From contig OZ024741.1 in NCBI GenBank assembly GCA_964016885.1, forward strand, positions 193,564,001-193,628,000: a stretch of DNA of 64,000 nucleotides. The letters run 5' to 3'. Origin of the DNA: Eledone cirrhosa. Taxonomy: Eukaryota. Numbering within the stretch: position 1 is the first letter of the stretch; the number at the start of each line of letters is the position of its first letter. Both the position numbers and the translations under genes were made by a program. Of this stretch, positions 9,479-21,689 are shown piece after piece. The notes beneath the pieces are model-generated. The model saw only the letters and a program-made list of their open reading frames with translations, made no database searches and had not been told where the DNA came from.

Positions 9479-12400
9479 ATAATAATGAAAATATTGTGTA
9501 CAGTGCTCAGGTGCACTACAACTCATCAAAAAGTGTATGTATATTACATAGGGTAATGCACAAACGTCAGGAAATGAACAGTTATGATATACACATGTGT
9601 GCATGTGTATGGAAGGGGTACATCAGGTGTAGTTTTGGCGAATTTCGGGAAGCATGAGGGTTTTAAGAATGCAGTGTCTCAGCAGCTAACAACTGATGCA
9701 GGCAGTTTGTTCCATGCTTCAGCAACTCTAAGCGTGAGAAAATGTTTCTGAAAGTCATGGGAGCTGTGCTTTTTCTGATTTTGTAGGCATGTCCACGTCT
9801 GTTAGACACATGGAGATCAAAAAGGTGCTCAGGGTTGTTGTTGGCGAGATGGTTAATAACTTTGTGGGTGTTTACCAAGTCCATTGCCAGACGTCGGAGA
9901 GCTTCAATGAATCTATGCCCAGGGAACAAGGCGTTCAGAGTATGGTAGGTGTCTGATGGAGGGTATGCGCTTGGTTGCACGTCTCTGAACAGTTTCCAGG
10001 AGGTCAATGTTCTGAGCAAGATAGGGGTTCCAGACTGATGATGTGAATTCCAAGTGTGGTCGTACCATAGCTGTATACAGCTTTAAATAGATGGCTGGAG
10101 AGCAGCTAACAAAGGTCTTGCTGAGTGATGCCAAGACACCCTCGGCCTTCTTGACAATCTTAGAGACATGCTTTGTCCAACGCAAATCGCTGCTGACAGT
10201 AATGCCCAGGTCACGTTCACAAGAGGACTTCTTGATATCAGTGTTGTGGAGGGAGTATGTGGACGCTGGATTTTTCCTCCCAAAATGCATGGTGGTACAC
10301 TTGTCCACAGCCAGCTTCAGTTGCCAGTCTGTGATCCATTGCTGCATTGTGTCCAGGTCTGATTGTAGGAAAGAGTTGTAGATTTCAGGATCAGTCCTTT
10401 TGATTTCAAGGTACAGCTTGATGTCATCTGCATATTTCAGTACCGTGGCATTCTTTAAGTTGGCATCTATGTCATTAATATATGCCACAGACAAAAGGGG
10501 ACCAAGAACAGATCCCTGTGGTACACCAAATGACATCTCATATGGTGAAGAATGCTGTCCTAGAACCGTGACTACCTCTTTTCGGCTGAGAATGAAGGAT
10601 TTCAACCAGTTAAAAAGATCATCCCTCACACCCATTGCAGAGAGTTTTGCCGTAAGTCTTTTGTGTGGCACAGAATTAAAAGCCTTAGCGAAGCCAAGGT
10701 AAACAACATCCACCCATGAGCTGCTGTCAGTGATCCAGGTAATGTCTTCAAGGAACTCGATAAGCTGATCACAGCAGTTGGAGTTAGGGATAAATCCAAA
10801 CTGCGAGGGCTGGATGAGGGTGTGAGAGCTCCAGAAGTTCCAAAGTGTTTCTCTGACACAGGATTCCATCAGTTTGGCAATACAGCTAGTAAGACTGACT
10901 GGACGATATTTGGCAGGTGACGTGCAGTTGCCCTTTTTGAACAGGGGAATGACACTGGCAGTTTTCCACTGCCCCGGAGTAGCACCATTGTTGAGACAGT
11001 ATTGAAAGAAGAAAGAAAGCTGGTGCAAAAGGAAGTACCGCCACGTTTGAGAAGCAGGTATGTAACACCATCAAGACCAGGGGAGGCATAGTTGCGCTTA
11101 TTCTTAAGGTGACGTCGCAACATTGCAGGTGTAAATTCCATAGTTGTTATGGAATTTGATGTTAGAGATGGTGGAGATGGTACATTCTGGTTTTCAACAG
11201 TAAAAATGCTTGCATAGCACTCAGCAATGAGTTCTGCGCATTCTTTGGGATCATCAGTGATCTGGGTTGTGTGGGGATTGCGAAGAGGACCAACTGGAGA
11301 GTGAGGTCTCTGCTTTGAATGAACATATTTCCAGAACACCTTACTGTCAGGATTGGTTGCTATGCACTGTTCAAATTCAAGCACTGCCTTTTTTTGTCAC
11401 TTGCTCAAGATGCTTGGAAGATTTATTCCGCTTTTTTCTGTTTGCATCTGATTTATGCAGTTTATATTCCCGTTCAGCATTCCAACGTTCTTTCCTGGCA
11501 AGTCGGACCACTGAAGTTTCTTAAATTGCACTTTTGGGGTGGTTTTTTTTTCTGCTTACGTGGCACCGATGCTGCACACGCTATCCATATTGAGTCCAGG
11601 ATGCTCTGGAGTATAGAGTTCACATCTCCAGAGTTATAGAACTCATGCCAGTTTGGGTGCTGTAGCTCAGTGCAGTACAAGTTCAATCTGCTTTCTTCCA
11701 ATCAAAGCAAGCAGATTGGAGATGGTTCTGGTTTTTGTTGCTGCCCGCAAGAGCCAGATTGGCAATGATCATAGCATGATCAGAGTCGCCTAGAGGTTCC
11801 TCAGTAGTACAACTGATAACCACTTCAGGAGTAGTGGTGAAGATCAGGTCCAAAGTGTTGTCATCTCTTGTTGGAGAGGTGACTACTTGTGACCAGTTTG
11901 AGTCCAGCACTAGCTCAAGGAAATCGTTTGCACTTTGTGGCCAACGAAAGGTTTCCCAATCGATCTCAAGATGATTGAAGTCACCTGCAATAAACCCATA
12001 AGTGGCTGTTTTCCTGGCAGCAGCTCTGAGGATATCGCAAAGCTGTGTGTCCTGATGGTAGTGGGGGGGGGGGGGGGGCGATAAACAACACCAAGTAGAT
12101 GTGTTGACATGGTCATACGTATGTCACAAAAAAAAACTTCTTCTTGTGATTCGTTTAAATCAACGCAAGGAATTACCAAAAAGTTTGAACGAATGTAGAC
12201 CATCACACCACCACCACAGCGATTAATGTGGTCCTTGCGGAAAAGGTTGCACCCAGTAATGCTGAAAACCCCATCACAGAGTAAGGAATGTGCCCATGTT
12301 TCCGTGACTGTGATGAAGTCAGGGTCGATGCTTCTGACGTAGGAGTTAAAGAGATGTATCTTGTTGCATAAACTGCGAGCATTTAAGGACAACAATTTGT

Positions 12401-12545
12401 ACCCTGCTTGCAGTTTATGATGGTGTGTAGAGGATGGCAGGTTGTTCTGGTTTAGTTTCCCAGAGTTGTTGCAGTTTTTTCATTGCCAGTTATTGTGGGT
12501 AGAGCACACTCAGACCAGCTGGATAGCGCACTCAGACCAGCTGAA
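9479..12545 (-). mobile_element. CR1-group non-LTR retrotransposon, 5'-truncated and frameshifted (APE + RT)
   Basis: LSLNARSL, TVTETW and LGDSDH (APE); YRPVSLTS, QFGF, GVPQGSVLGP, YADD and VRPHLEF..VW.P (RT and CR1-type C-terminus); (ATT)n tail. Confidence 0.93.
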
Positions 12546-12568
12546 ATATCTATCTATCTATCTATCTA

Positions 12569-12641
<73 letters not shown>

Positions 12642-12643
<2 letters not shown>

Positions 12644-13770
12644 ATGTGACTGGTGGTTGATCTTCCCTCTCTGAAGCCGTTCTGGTTGTCCCTGAGCTTC
12701 TTCTCCATTTCAGGCTGGATCTTGTTAAGAATCATCCTGTTGAGGGTCTTTGCCACATGTGACGTCAATGAGATCCCCCTGTAGTTTTTGGTGTTAGAGA
12801 GATCTTCCTTCTTTGGCACTGGGACGATGTTACTGATCCTCCACTGATTCAGGGCAACTCCTTTCTCCAGTGCCTGGTTACAGAACCCCAGGATGATATC
12901 ATCAAAATCACACATCTTCATCACCTCTGATGCCACTCCATCTTCTCCATGAGCCTTGCCCTCCTTGATCATCTTCTTGGCTCTCTGAAGGGCTCTGTCT
13001 CAATATCCAGTTCTTCAAACAGCCACCTGATCTCCCCAGTGCTCTGGGCTGTGGAGGGTGGCTCTCCTAGTAGGGTCCTAAAATGGTCTAGCCATTTCCT
13101 CTTCCTATCCTCGGGCCCTTTTCCCTAGATCTGACTCGAACACCTTCTCTTCCTCCCTGTGATCTCGTTGATGATCATCCAGCTCTCCTTACATCCAGAC
13201 CTGTCAACCACTCTCTCCACACTTCTGATCTTCTCTATCAGTGCCTCCTCTCTGGCCTCAGTGTAAGCAGTACAGAGTTCTTCCCTCATCACCTCTACAG
13301 GCTCCATCCTCTCCTCCGTAGGATCAGCATAGAATTGGTCCTTGGCAGCTTTCAGGTGTTCTCTGGCTGCACACACTTTTGGGTCTTCAGAGCTGACGTG
13401 CTTCCTTTTGTTCTTTCTCCTCAGCACCAGGGTCTCACTTGCTTCCGCCACTGCATTGGTGAAGTGCCCGTACCTCCTCGTCACACTCTCCTCAGTCCAT
13501 TCAATCTCTCTCTCCTCTGTCTCTCCACACAGAGCACTGAACCTGTTCCTCACTTCCACTGTGAACCTCTCCTGTAGCTTATCATCTTCCTTGAAAGCTC
13601 CCCAGTCATAGATTGCTCTCCTGGGCTGAGCCTTGCTCTTTCTTAAGCTCACCCAGACCTCACTCATAACAAGCCGGTGGTCACTACCCAGTGTACTGAA
13701 ATAGTTGTATGGTTCTGTGTTCAGAACACTATTCCGCCACTTTTTCCTCACCAGAATGAAATCAATCTGA
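12642..13770 (-). mobile_element. RTE-clade LINE of a second lineage: inverted 5' segment (APE end to RT domain 2)
   Basis: QIDFILVRKKWRNSV..LGSDHRLV; NYRGISLTSHVAKTLNRMIL; QNGFREGRSTTSHI. Confidence 0.88.
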
Positions 13771-14530
13771 ATTTGCCGATGACGTAGTTTTGGTGACAAA
13801 TACAGTGAAGGAGGCAGAGGATTTTATACAGGAGGTTGAGACTGTGTCGATGAGTGTGGGGCTGAGAATGAATGAGACTAAAACAAAATATCTGGTAGAG
13901 AATGTTGAGAAGCCAGAGGGGATCACTAATGTAGGTGGGAAGCCACTAGAATTGGTTGAGGACTTCCTGTATTTGGGAGCAAAGATTGGGAATATGGAAG
14001 ATGATGTGGTTGAGAGGAAGAGCAAAGCCTGGGCGGCATGCTACAGCTTGAGATCGGTGTGGAAGTCGGACCTTCGTAAAGACCTGAAAATTCACCTCTT
14101 CATTGCTGTTGTGGAGTCTGTGCTGCTGTACGGGTCTGAGACTTGGACACTGACCAAGAAACTCACTCAGATGGTGGATGGGTGCTACACGAGAATGCTG
14201 AGGATGGCTCTGAACATTAATCAGTATACACTGAGGATGAAAAACTCAGAGCTGTATAGGAGCCTCCCAAAAGTCAGCTCAAAAGTGACACAGAGGAGAT
14301 TGAGGTTAGCTGGACATGCTCACCAACATCCAGAATTGACATTGCACTCAGTGCTCCTGTGGGAGCCCCTACATGGACATACTGGAAAAGGAAGACCAAA
14401 GTTAATGTATGTTGATGGCCTAAGGACAGACACTGGCCTGTTGGAGACGCAGGATATGTCAGTGATAATGAGGGACAGAGACCGCTGGAGAGAACTCGTC
14501 CATGGATCTCAGGAATTTTACCTCCCTAGA
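13771..14530 (+). mobile_element. Same RTE lineage: sense 3' segment (FADD to C-terminus, no PHD insertion)
   Basis: FADDVVLV..GLRMNETKTKY..DFLYLG..LLYGSETWTL..RRLRLAGH..GRPKL..DRDRWR. Confidence 0.9.
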
Positions 14531-14538
14531 ATATATAT

Positions 14539-14612
14539 GGAGGCACATGGCTTAGTGGTTAGAGCATTGGCCTTGCAATCGAAAGGTTGTGAGTTCAATT
14601 CTCAGACCGGGT
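14539..14612 (+). mobile_element. SINE family 1 tRNA head only
   Basis: GGAGGCACATGGCTTAGTGG...CTCAGACCGGGT, then an abrupt switch to the palindrome. Confidence 0.85.
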
Positions 14613-14639
14613 AGTTCCACAACAGTTAATTCACCATTT

Positions 14640-14680
14640 CCGAGAACAATTGTTTCACTTTAGTCAGATCATCAGCTCGA
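14640..14680 (-). ncRNA. Minimal type I hammerhead ribozyme, mirror copy
   Basis: Minus strand TCGAG-CTGATGA-TCTGACTAAAGT-GAAA-CAATTG-TT-CTCGG. Confidence 0.7.
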
Positions 14681-14691
14681 TTTTTTTTAAA

Positions 14692-14732
14692 CTGAGCTGA
14701 TGATCCAACTAAGGTGAAACAATTGTTCTCAG
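14692..14732 (+). ncRNA. Minimal type I hammerhead ribozyme
   Basis: Stem I CTGAG/CTCAG, core CTGATGA, stem II T-CC-AACTAA-GG-T, GAAA, palindromic stem III ACAATTGT, GUU cleavage triplet. Confidence 0.75.
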
Positions 14733-14861
14733 AAATAGTGAATTAACTGTTGTGGAACCACTTCTACCAAACTTGTCCCATGGACTGAGTGCTCTACTAC
14801 TATGGATATAACCAACCAGTGTTCTACTATTATATATATATAGAAATGTTCCATTCGGAGA

Positions 14862-15300
14862 AAATCATCATATATGAAAATGAAAAAGAAGTTAAAATGC
14901 AATTGGAGTCTTTAAGGAGTTTTATTTACAATAATTTATAACGTTACCAGTTTCACAAGTTTCATAATTTTCAAAAGTTAAGAGTGATGGTGAGACGTGT
15001 AGCTATGCCAACATGTAACTTGCATCTAACTGATGTTGGGAATTTCTTTCCGTTTTATACAAAAAGTGTGGCTCAGAATGCTATACATTTGAACTGCAAT
15101 TTGATAGGTTGAAGAACATCACATGATTAGGCATCAAATTCTTCAGTAATTTGGCACCAAAAATCAAGAGAGTCATGATTTTTATGCAGAAAAGTGGTTC
15201 AAGTTTAAAGTATAGTTTGATAGGCCGAGGATGATCACATGATTAGGCACCAAATTTGGTGGTATTTTTGCACCAAAAAACGAGAGTGTCATGGTTTAGT
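14862..15300. repeat. Unclassified interspersed repeat, copy 1
   Basis: AAAAAGAAGTTAAAATGCAATTGG...TTTATTTACAATAA...CATGATTAGGCACCAAATTTGGTG recurs at about 15968-16420. Confidence 0.6.
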
Positions 15301-15379
15301 GAATATGGACAGTAGCAATTCATGCCTGTTTTGTTCAATAGACAAGGGAAGCCATTATTCTCTTTACACTACCTATAAT

Positions 15380-15962
15380 TATTAATAGACAACAGAATAG
15401 AAATAGAACGTGCCAAAGCAATAGATATTCAAGAATTACGAAAAACAAAAACAACTTCAGATACATCCAATACACTACCCTATATCTCAACACACAATAC
15501 AAGAAATATAGAGGCATACAATATTATCCACAATAACATCCCACTATTAAGACCCAAGAATAAAAATAGCACTCAAAACACATAAAATAATAAAAAGCAA
15601 AAGACAACCTTAAAAAACTACTCACAAGTGCTAAATTACCCACTACAATCACAACACCAACAGTCAAAAAGTGTGGTTGCCCTAATTGTAGAACATGCAT
15701 TTACCTCAATGAAAACACACAGTATATATTTAAATCAGGGCAAATATCTTTGGTAAAAAATCATTTCACCTGTTCAACGAAATGTCATATTGGCCATTAA
15801 ATGTAAAGGGTGTAACAAAGATTATATAGGGCAAACCAAAATCACCCTCAGAAACAGAATGACAATTCACTGCCAACAATTACGAGACCCAGCCACAAGA
15901 CAGACACCACATAGTGAAGATTTAGATTTGTGTGCAGCAAACAAATACCCAAATTTCAGATT
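15380..15962 (+). mobile_element. Penelope-like element 3' remnant (GIY-YIG endonuclease)
   Basis: KCGCPNCRTC zinc motif, then AIKCKGCNKDYIGQTKITLRNRMTIH. Confidence 0.85.
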
Positions 15963-15967
15963 TTCCC

Positions 15968-16425
15968 ATCATAATAAATATAAGAAAAAGAAGTTGAAAA
16001 TGCAATTGGGTTTTTTAAGAAGGTTTATTTACAATAAGTTATAACTTTATCGGTTTCGCAAGTTTCATGATGTGGCCATGCCAACTTGTAACTCTCATCT
16101 GATGTTGGGCATTTCTTTCAGTTTTAAGCAAAAAATGTGGCTCAGATTGCTATATGTTTTAAGTACAATTTGATAGGTTAAGGAAAATCACGTGATTAGC
16201 TATCGATTTCTTTGGTAATTTCTTTGGTAATTTTATGCAGAAAAAGTGGCTCAAGTTTAAAGTATAATTTGGTAGGCTGGGGATAATCATGTGGTTAAGC
16301 ACCAAATTTGGTGATACTTTCGTGCCAAGAAGCGGGATTTCATTTTCGGGAAGTTGACTATTGAAAATGTATTGTCTTTGTGGCAATCCCAAAAATTCAA
16401 AAGTTCAGGAATTTTGTTTATATGT
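15968..16425. repeat. Unclassified interspersed repeat, copy 2
   Basis: Diverged direct repeat of 14862-15300. Confidence 0.6.
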
Positions 16426-16430
16426 GGCAT

Positions 16431-16783
16431 GGAGGCACATGGAGGCACATGGCTTAGTGGTTAGAGCATTGGGCTTGCAATCGAAAGGTTGTGAGTTCAA
16501 TTCTCAGACCGGGTGATGTGTCGTTTCCTTGAGCAAGACACTTTATTTCACATTGCTCCAGTTTACTCAGCTGTAGAAATGAGATGATAGGACTGGGGTC
16601 CCTATCATTCCACTGCAAAGTGGTCGTGGAGGTGCCACGGCAAAAAAGCACCCAGCACTCACTGTAAATGAGGTTGGTGTTAGGAAGGGCATCCAGCTGT
16701 AGAAATCGAGCCAGAATCAGTTCCCGTCCCACCCTTGCAAGCAGGGAAAAGCAGACGTAAAATGAAATGATGATGATGATGAT
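16431..16783 (+). mobile_element. SINE family 1 copy with duplicated 5' 10-mer
   Basis: GGAGGCACAT-GGAGGCACAT-GGCTTAG..., full tail and (GAT)n. Confidence 0.9.
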
Positions 16784-17064
16784 GTGTTTGTGTTTGTTTC
16801 CTGCTACGTCCGAATAACAATAATAATAACAAAAATAGTTATAATAATAAAAATACTCATTATTACCATTAACATCACCATCGTAATGACAACTATAATA
16901 ATGATCCAATCAGCAAAATAAACAAGAATTGTATATGAGTGTGTGTTATGTGTGTGTGTAGCAATAGCGATTTTATTCTCTTCCCTCTTCAGGTACAGAC
17001 GGTCATGTGATAACATAATAATAATGGCAGCAACAATAAGGGGGGGGGGCGGTAGTTAGAGTCT

Positions 17065-17258
17065 ATTCAAACGTGGTTTGTATTTTTGAATAAATATATT
17101 TTATTTATTTATTCGAGTTTGATCTGTGTCCTTATCTGGACAATGAACCTGCAATTTGGGGGACATGTTCGTTGCACACAAATCTAAATCTTCACTAAGT
17201 GGTATCTGTCTTGTGGTACGATCTAGTGATTGTTGGCAGTGAATTGCCATTCTGTTTC
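17065..17258 (-). mobile_element. Penelope-like GIY-YIG remnant, distal half
   Basis: Reverse complement NRMAIHCQQSLDRTTRQIPLSEDLDLCA, matching 15850-15950. Confidence 0.8.
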
Positions 17259-20167
17259 ATCATCATCATCATCATCACCGTTTTACGTCCGTTCTTCCAC
17301 GCTAGCATGGGTTAGACGGGTTGTCCTATTGTGTGCAGTGTCTGGTCGGCTGACCATGCCTTGCTCATACAGGAACTGATCTGGCTTGATTTCTACAGCT
17401 GGATGCCCTTCCTAACACCAACCTCATTTACAGTGAGTGCTGGGTGCTTTTTCGTGGCGCCTACACGTCCACTTTACAGTGTGGGCTGGGTGCTTTTTTT
17501 GCCGTGGCACCTCCACGACCACCTTGCGGTGGGGGGTGTGGGGGCATATTGTTTATATGCTTCAGCATGTACCCATGGGAGGTCGGGTACTCTGTATTAC
17601 TGCATGATGCCAGAAGTCACGGTCGTGTGTCATTGTCTTTGAGAGGTGTAATTGGGTAAGGTCGGCTTTTATCACCTCATGCCAGGTCATCTTGGGTCTC
17701 CCCACTCCGCGGTTTTCATCAACTTCTAGTGCTCTGCATCTTTTTATGCAGCTGTCATCCTTCATACGCATCACATGTCCATACCAGCGCAACCACCTCT
17801 CCTGCACACAGCATTTGATTCCTCTTATGCTCAGTCTCTCTCTCAATTCATTTATGCTTTGTCGTTCACGTATATTACTGTTACACATCCATCGGAGCAT
17901 GCAGGCTTCGTTTCTCTCTAATCTATGTAAGTCTTCCACCTTCAGCGCCCAGGTCTCACTACCATGCAACATCGCTGTTCGGATACACGCATCATACAGT
18001 CTGCCTTTCATTCTGAGGGAGAAGCCTTTTGCAGCTAGCAGTGGTAGTAGTTCCCTAAACTTCTTCCATCCCGTTCTTACCCTAGTTATTGTACTTTCTG
18101 AACACCCACCTCCATTGCTAATTCGGTCACCTAGGTAGCAGAAGCTGTCTACTGTTTCTACAGGGCCCTCCCAGAGATTGGTGGTACTTGTTTCCTGTGG
18201 CTGTTTGCTGCTTGCTGTTTCAGCACAGCTGCTGCATGTGAATCCTACATTCTTAATTAAGCTTCCTGAGATCCCGCTACATCTCTTGTGTACCCATTGT
18301 TTGCATTTGGGGCAGAGAATGGAGTTCCTACCTACACCTTTCCTACATACTGAGCAAGGCCATTTCCCTGAGGGGATCTGGGTTCTGTTTTCTCGTCTAC
18401 TTACAAGGACCTTAGTCTTTGTCATGTTGACTTTGAGACCCTTTCTCTCTAGTCCCTGCGTCCAGGTTTGGAATTTATTCTCTAGTTCTACCATAGATTC
18501 AGCTATGAGTGCGAGGTCATCAGCATACAGGAGTTCCCATGGGCATCCGGTCTTAAACTCCTCCGTTATTGCCTGCAGGACTATGATGAACAGGAGATGG
18601 CTAAGAACAGAGCCCTGGTGGACCCCAACCTGTACGCTAAATTCCTCGCTATACTCATTGCTAATCCTAACTTTGCTGACTGTTCCCCTATACATGGCTT
18701 GTACCGCTTTCACAAGCCATTCATCTACTCCTAGTTTTCTAAGAGCCCACCAGATTACAGCACGTGGCACTCTGTCAAAGGCTTTCTCAAGGTCGACAAA
18801 TGCCAAATAGAGTGGCTTACTTTTAGCTAGGTACTTTTCCTGTAATTGCCTCACAAGGAAGAGGGCATCAGTGGTGCCTCTTCCTGGTACAAACCCAAAT
18901 TGCATCTCGTCTATTTTCACCCGGTCCCTAATCAGCTGTGCTATAACTCTTTCTGTTACTTTCATGACCTGGTCCATCAACTTTATACCTCTATAGTTTC
19001 CTCTATCTAATGCATCGCCTTTACCTTTGTAGCAGTTGACAATGATGCTACTGCACCAATCTTTTGGTATGGCCCCTTCTAGTATTACCTGGTTAACGAT
19101 ACGTGTGGTTATAGTGTGACCTACAGACCCAGATGCCTTCAGCATCTCGGCAGCTATACCCGATGGACCGGTTGCCTTCCCCATCTTCATATCTTTGATT
19201 GCCTTACTTACTACGCTGCTGCTGACTTGTACTGCTGGTCCCTCTATAGGGTCTACTTGGGGTAGGGTCTCTTCTTCCCATGCATTCTCCTCATTTAGTA
19301 ATCTATCATAATGACTCTTCCATGCATCTTTCTTCTCAGCACTTGTGAGGGCAAGCTCACCTTTATCATTCCGGATACACTTCTCCCCAATGACATCACA
19401 ACTATCTCTGACACACTGCCTCGCAATCTTGAATACCTCCTGTTTCTGGTCCTCACGTTGCAAAACATGCTTGAATTTTCTATCCTCTGCTTCCCTCCTA
19501 GCTAAGTATACTTGTCGCCTAGCTTTCCTCTTGGTCTCTATGTAATGTACCCTGCTCCCCCCATTCTTCCATTCTTTCCATGCCTGTCTCTTGGCCTTAA
19601 CTGCTTCATCTACCTTATTGTTCCACCACCAAGTCACTCTCCTCCTGCTTGAGGTCTTACTCCAGCCACAGACCTCATCCGTCGCCTCTAGTAAATTATT
19701 TTTTAGGAACTCCCAGTTCTCTTCTACGTTAAATGTCTCTATCTGTTCTTCTTTACTGTCATAGGCGTTGAGTAAAATATCTTTAAATCTGTTACTGGTT
19801 GAGGGGACTTTCAGCTTCCAGATCTTTCTTCTCCAGGTTGGCCTCTGTTTCCGGGTTCGTCTAGTTCTGACCGTGAGGTCGCTGACAACTAAGCTATGTT
19901 GGGATGTACATTCCTCACTAGGGAAGGCTTTTGTGTTTACGACCGTCCATCTGTCACGTCCTCTGATGAGGATAAAATCTAACTGACTAGAGTGCTCCCC
20001 TGATCTATAGGTGATCAGGTGGTTGTCGGGTTTTTTAAAGTTTGTGTTACATATCGACGTCATTGGCGTCGCAGAATTCTAGAAGTCTGAATCCTTCCTC
20101 ATTCCTTGTGCCAACTCCATGGCCTCCATGTACTCTATTGAAGCCGTCACAGTGTTTACCGTCGCAG
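17259..20167 (-). mobile_element. Young 5'-truncated RTE LINE with an uninterrupted ORF (833 aa in the ORF track) and 6-bp TSD
   Basis: APE end, RT (QFGF, AFVDLEKAFD, YADD), PHD-like insertion, 3'UTR, (GAT)n tail. TGTTTC duplicated at 17253-17258 and 20168-20173. Confidence 0.95.
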
Positions 20168-20245
20168 TGTTTCTGAGGGTGAATTTGATTTGCCCTATAC
20201 AATCTTCATTACACCCTTTACATTTAATAGCATACTAGAACACCC
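20168..20245 (-). mobile_element. Penelope-like GIY-YIG remnant, proximal half
   Basis: Reverse complement LVYAIKCKGCNEDCIGQIKFTLRN, which continues into 17258. Confidence 0.8.
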
Positions 20246-20422
20246 GTGACCTATTAGGTCACATTCACTTCAAAATATTTTTTTTAAATCATGTTAACTT
20301 AAAAATATTTTTTAAATAATTAAAATATACACACACATGTATACAATGTGAAATGAAACTGGAAGGCCCATATATATATATATGTGTGTGTGTATGTATA
20401 TATATAAATGTGTGTGTATACA

Positions 20423-20457
<35 letters not shown>

Positions 20458-20550
20458 ATATATATATGTGGGTGCCTGCGATCTACATACACTGATCATA
20501 GACACACACATATATATATATATATACACATATATACACAACAACACCAC

Positions 20551-20587
<37 letters not shown>

Positions 20588-20670
20588 CTCTTCCTCTGTC
20601 TCCTCTCCCCCTCTCTATGTCTCTCTTTCAATCTACTCTCTCACAACCACTATTTCTTTCTCTCTATCTT

Positions 20671-20737
<67 letters not shown>

Positions 20738-21593
20738 ATGAAGGTACCCTGAAAAAACCCATGTCTCAGGAACCAGTGCTCCAATTTACGTGAAATTCGT
20801 TTTATTCCATTTGTATCCCCATTTCAGGGTCAACTTCCTTTCAAAGTATTTTCCCATTATGCACCCTTTTGGCTGTATTACATTACTGACAAGCAAGCAA
20901 GCAAGCAATCACAGAGTTTTAGTAGTATATAGATAGATATTGAATGTTTTTGTTGAACAAGTACAACAAAGGGAAATAATTCCAAGATGTAAATATGTAA
21001 ATATGAATTATGAGATCAACCACGTATTTGTGTTGATATACTATAGCAGAAGTATTGTATTATGTGGTGGAATGTAATACAAAGATAGTAATATTTATTA
21101 ATGTATCGAGTATAGTATTATAGAAAGTGTATTATGTAAGTGTGGAAAGAGAAAGAGAACGAAAAGATGTTACAGAAGTATATAAATCAAATTAAGATGC
21201 TTGGAAATCAGTCAAATTTGTTGAGTATTTCCACTTAGCAAGCAGTTGGGGTTTGAGATGGAGGCATCTCCTAAAAATTACGCTCTTTGAGTTCAAGTAA
21301 ATATTGCTCAGAGATGACAAACCTTATCCTAAATTTCTTACTCAAACAGAGATGACATTTCTTGGTGCTATTGGTGTAAGGCCTGGATCTTTCAATTACC
21401 TTTTAATGCCTCTCGTTTTCTGAGATATGGTCAAATTACGGCCTTGAAAACCTGGGTAGTGCCTTTGTTCTGTGTGTGAACACAAATAAATAATATAATA
21501 TTTCTGTTCTCCTCCCAATTGAGCACTGTTTTCCTTTTTTCCTTTTCACACCTACGGATATTGCTACACACACATATATACACACACACACTT

Positions 21594-21681
<88 letters not shown>

Positions 21682-21689
21682 TATATATA

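Noticed and set aside
20737-20860. Mariner terminus remnant
   Set aside because: Only a weak TIR-like start and a YFE-like motif; too decayed to call.
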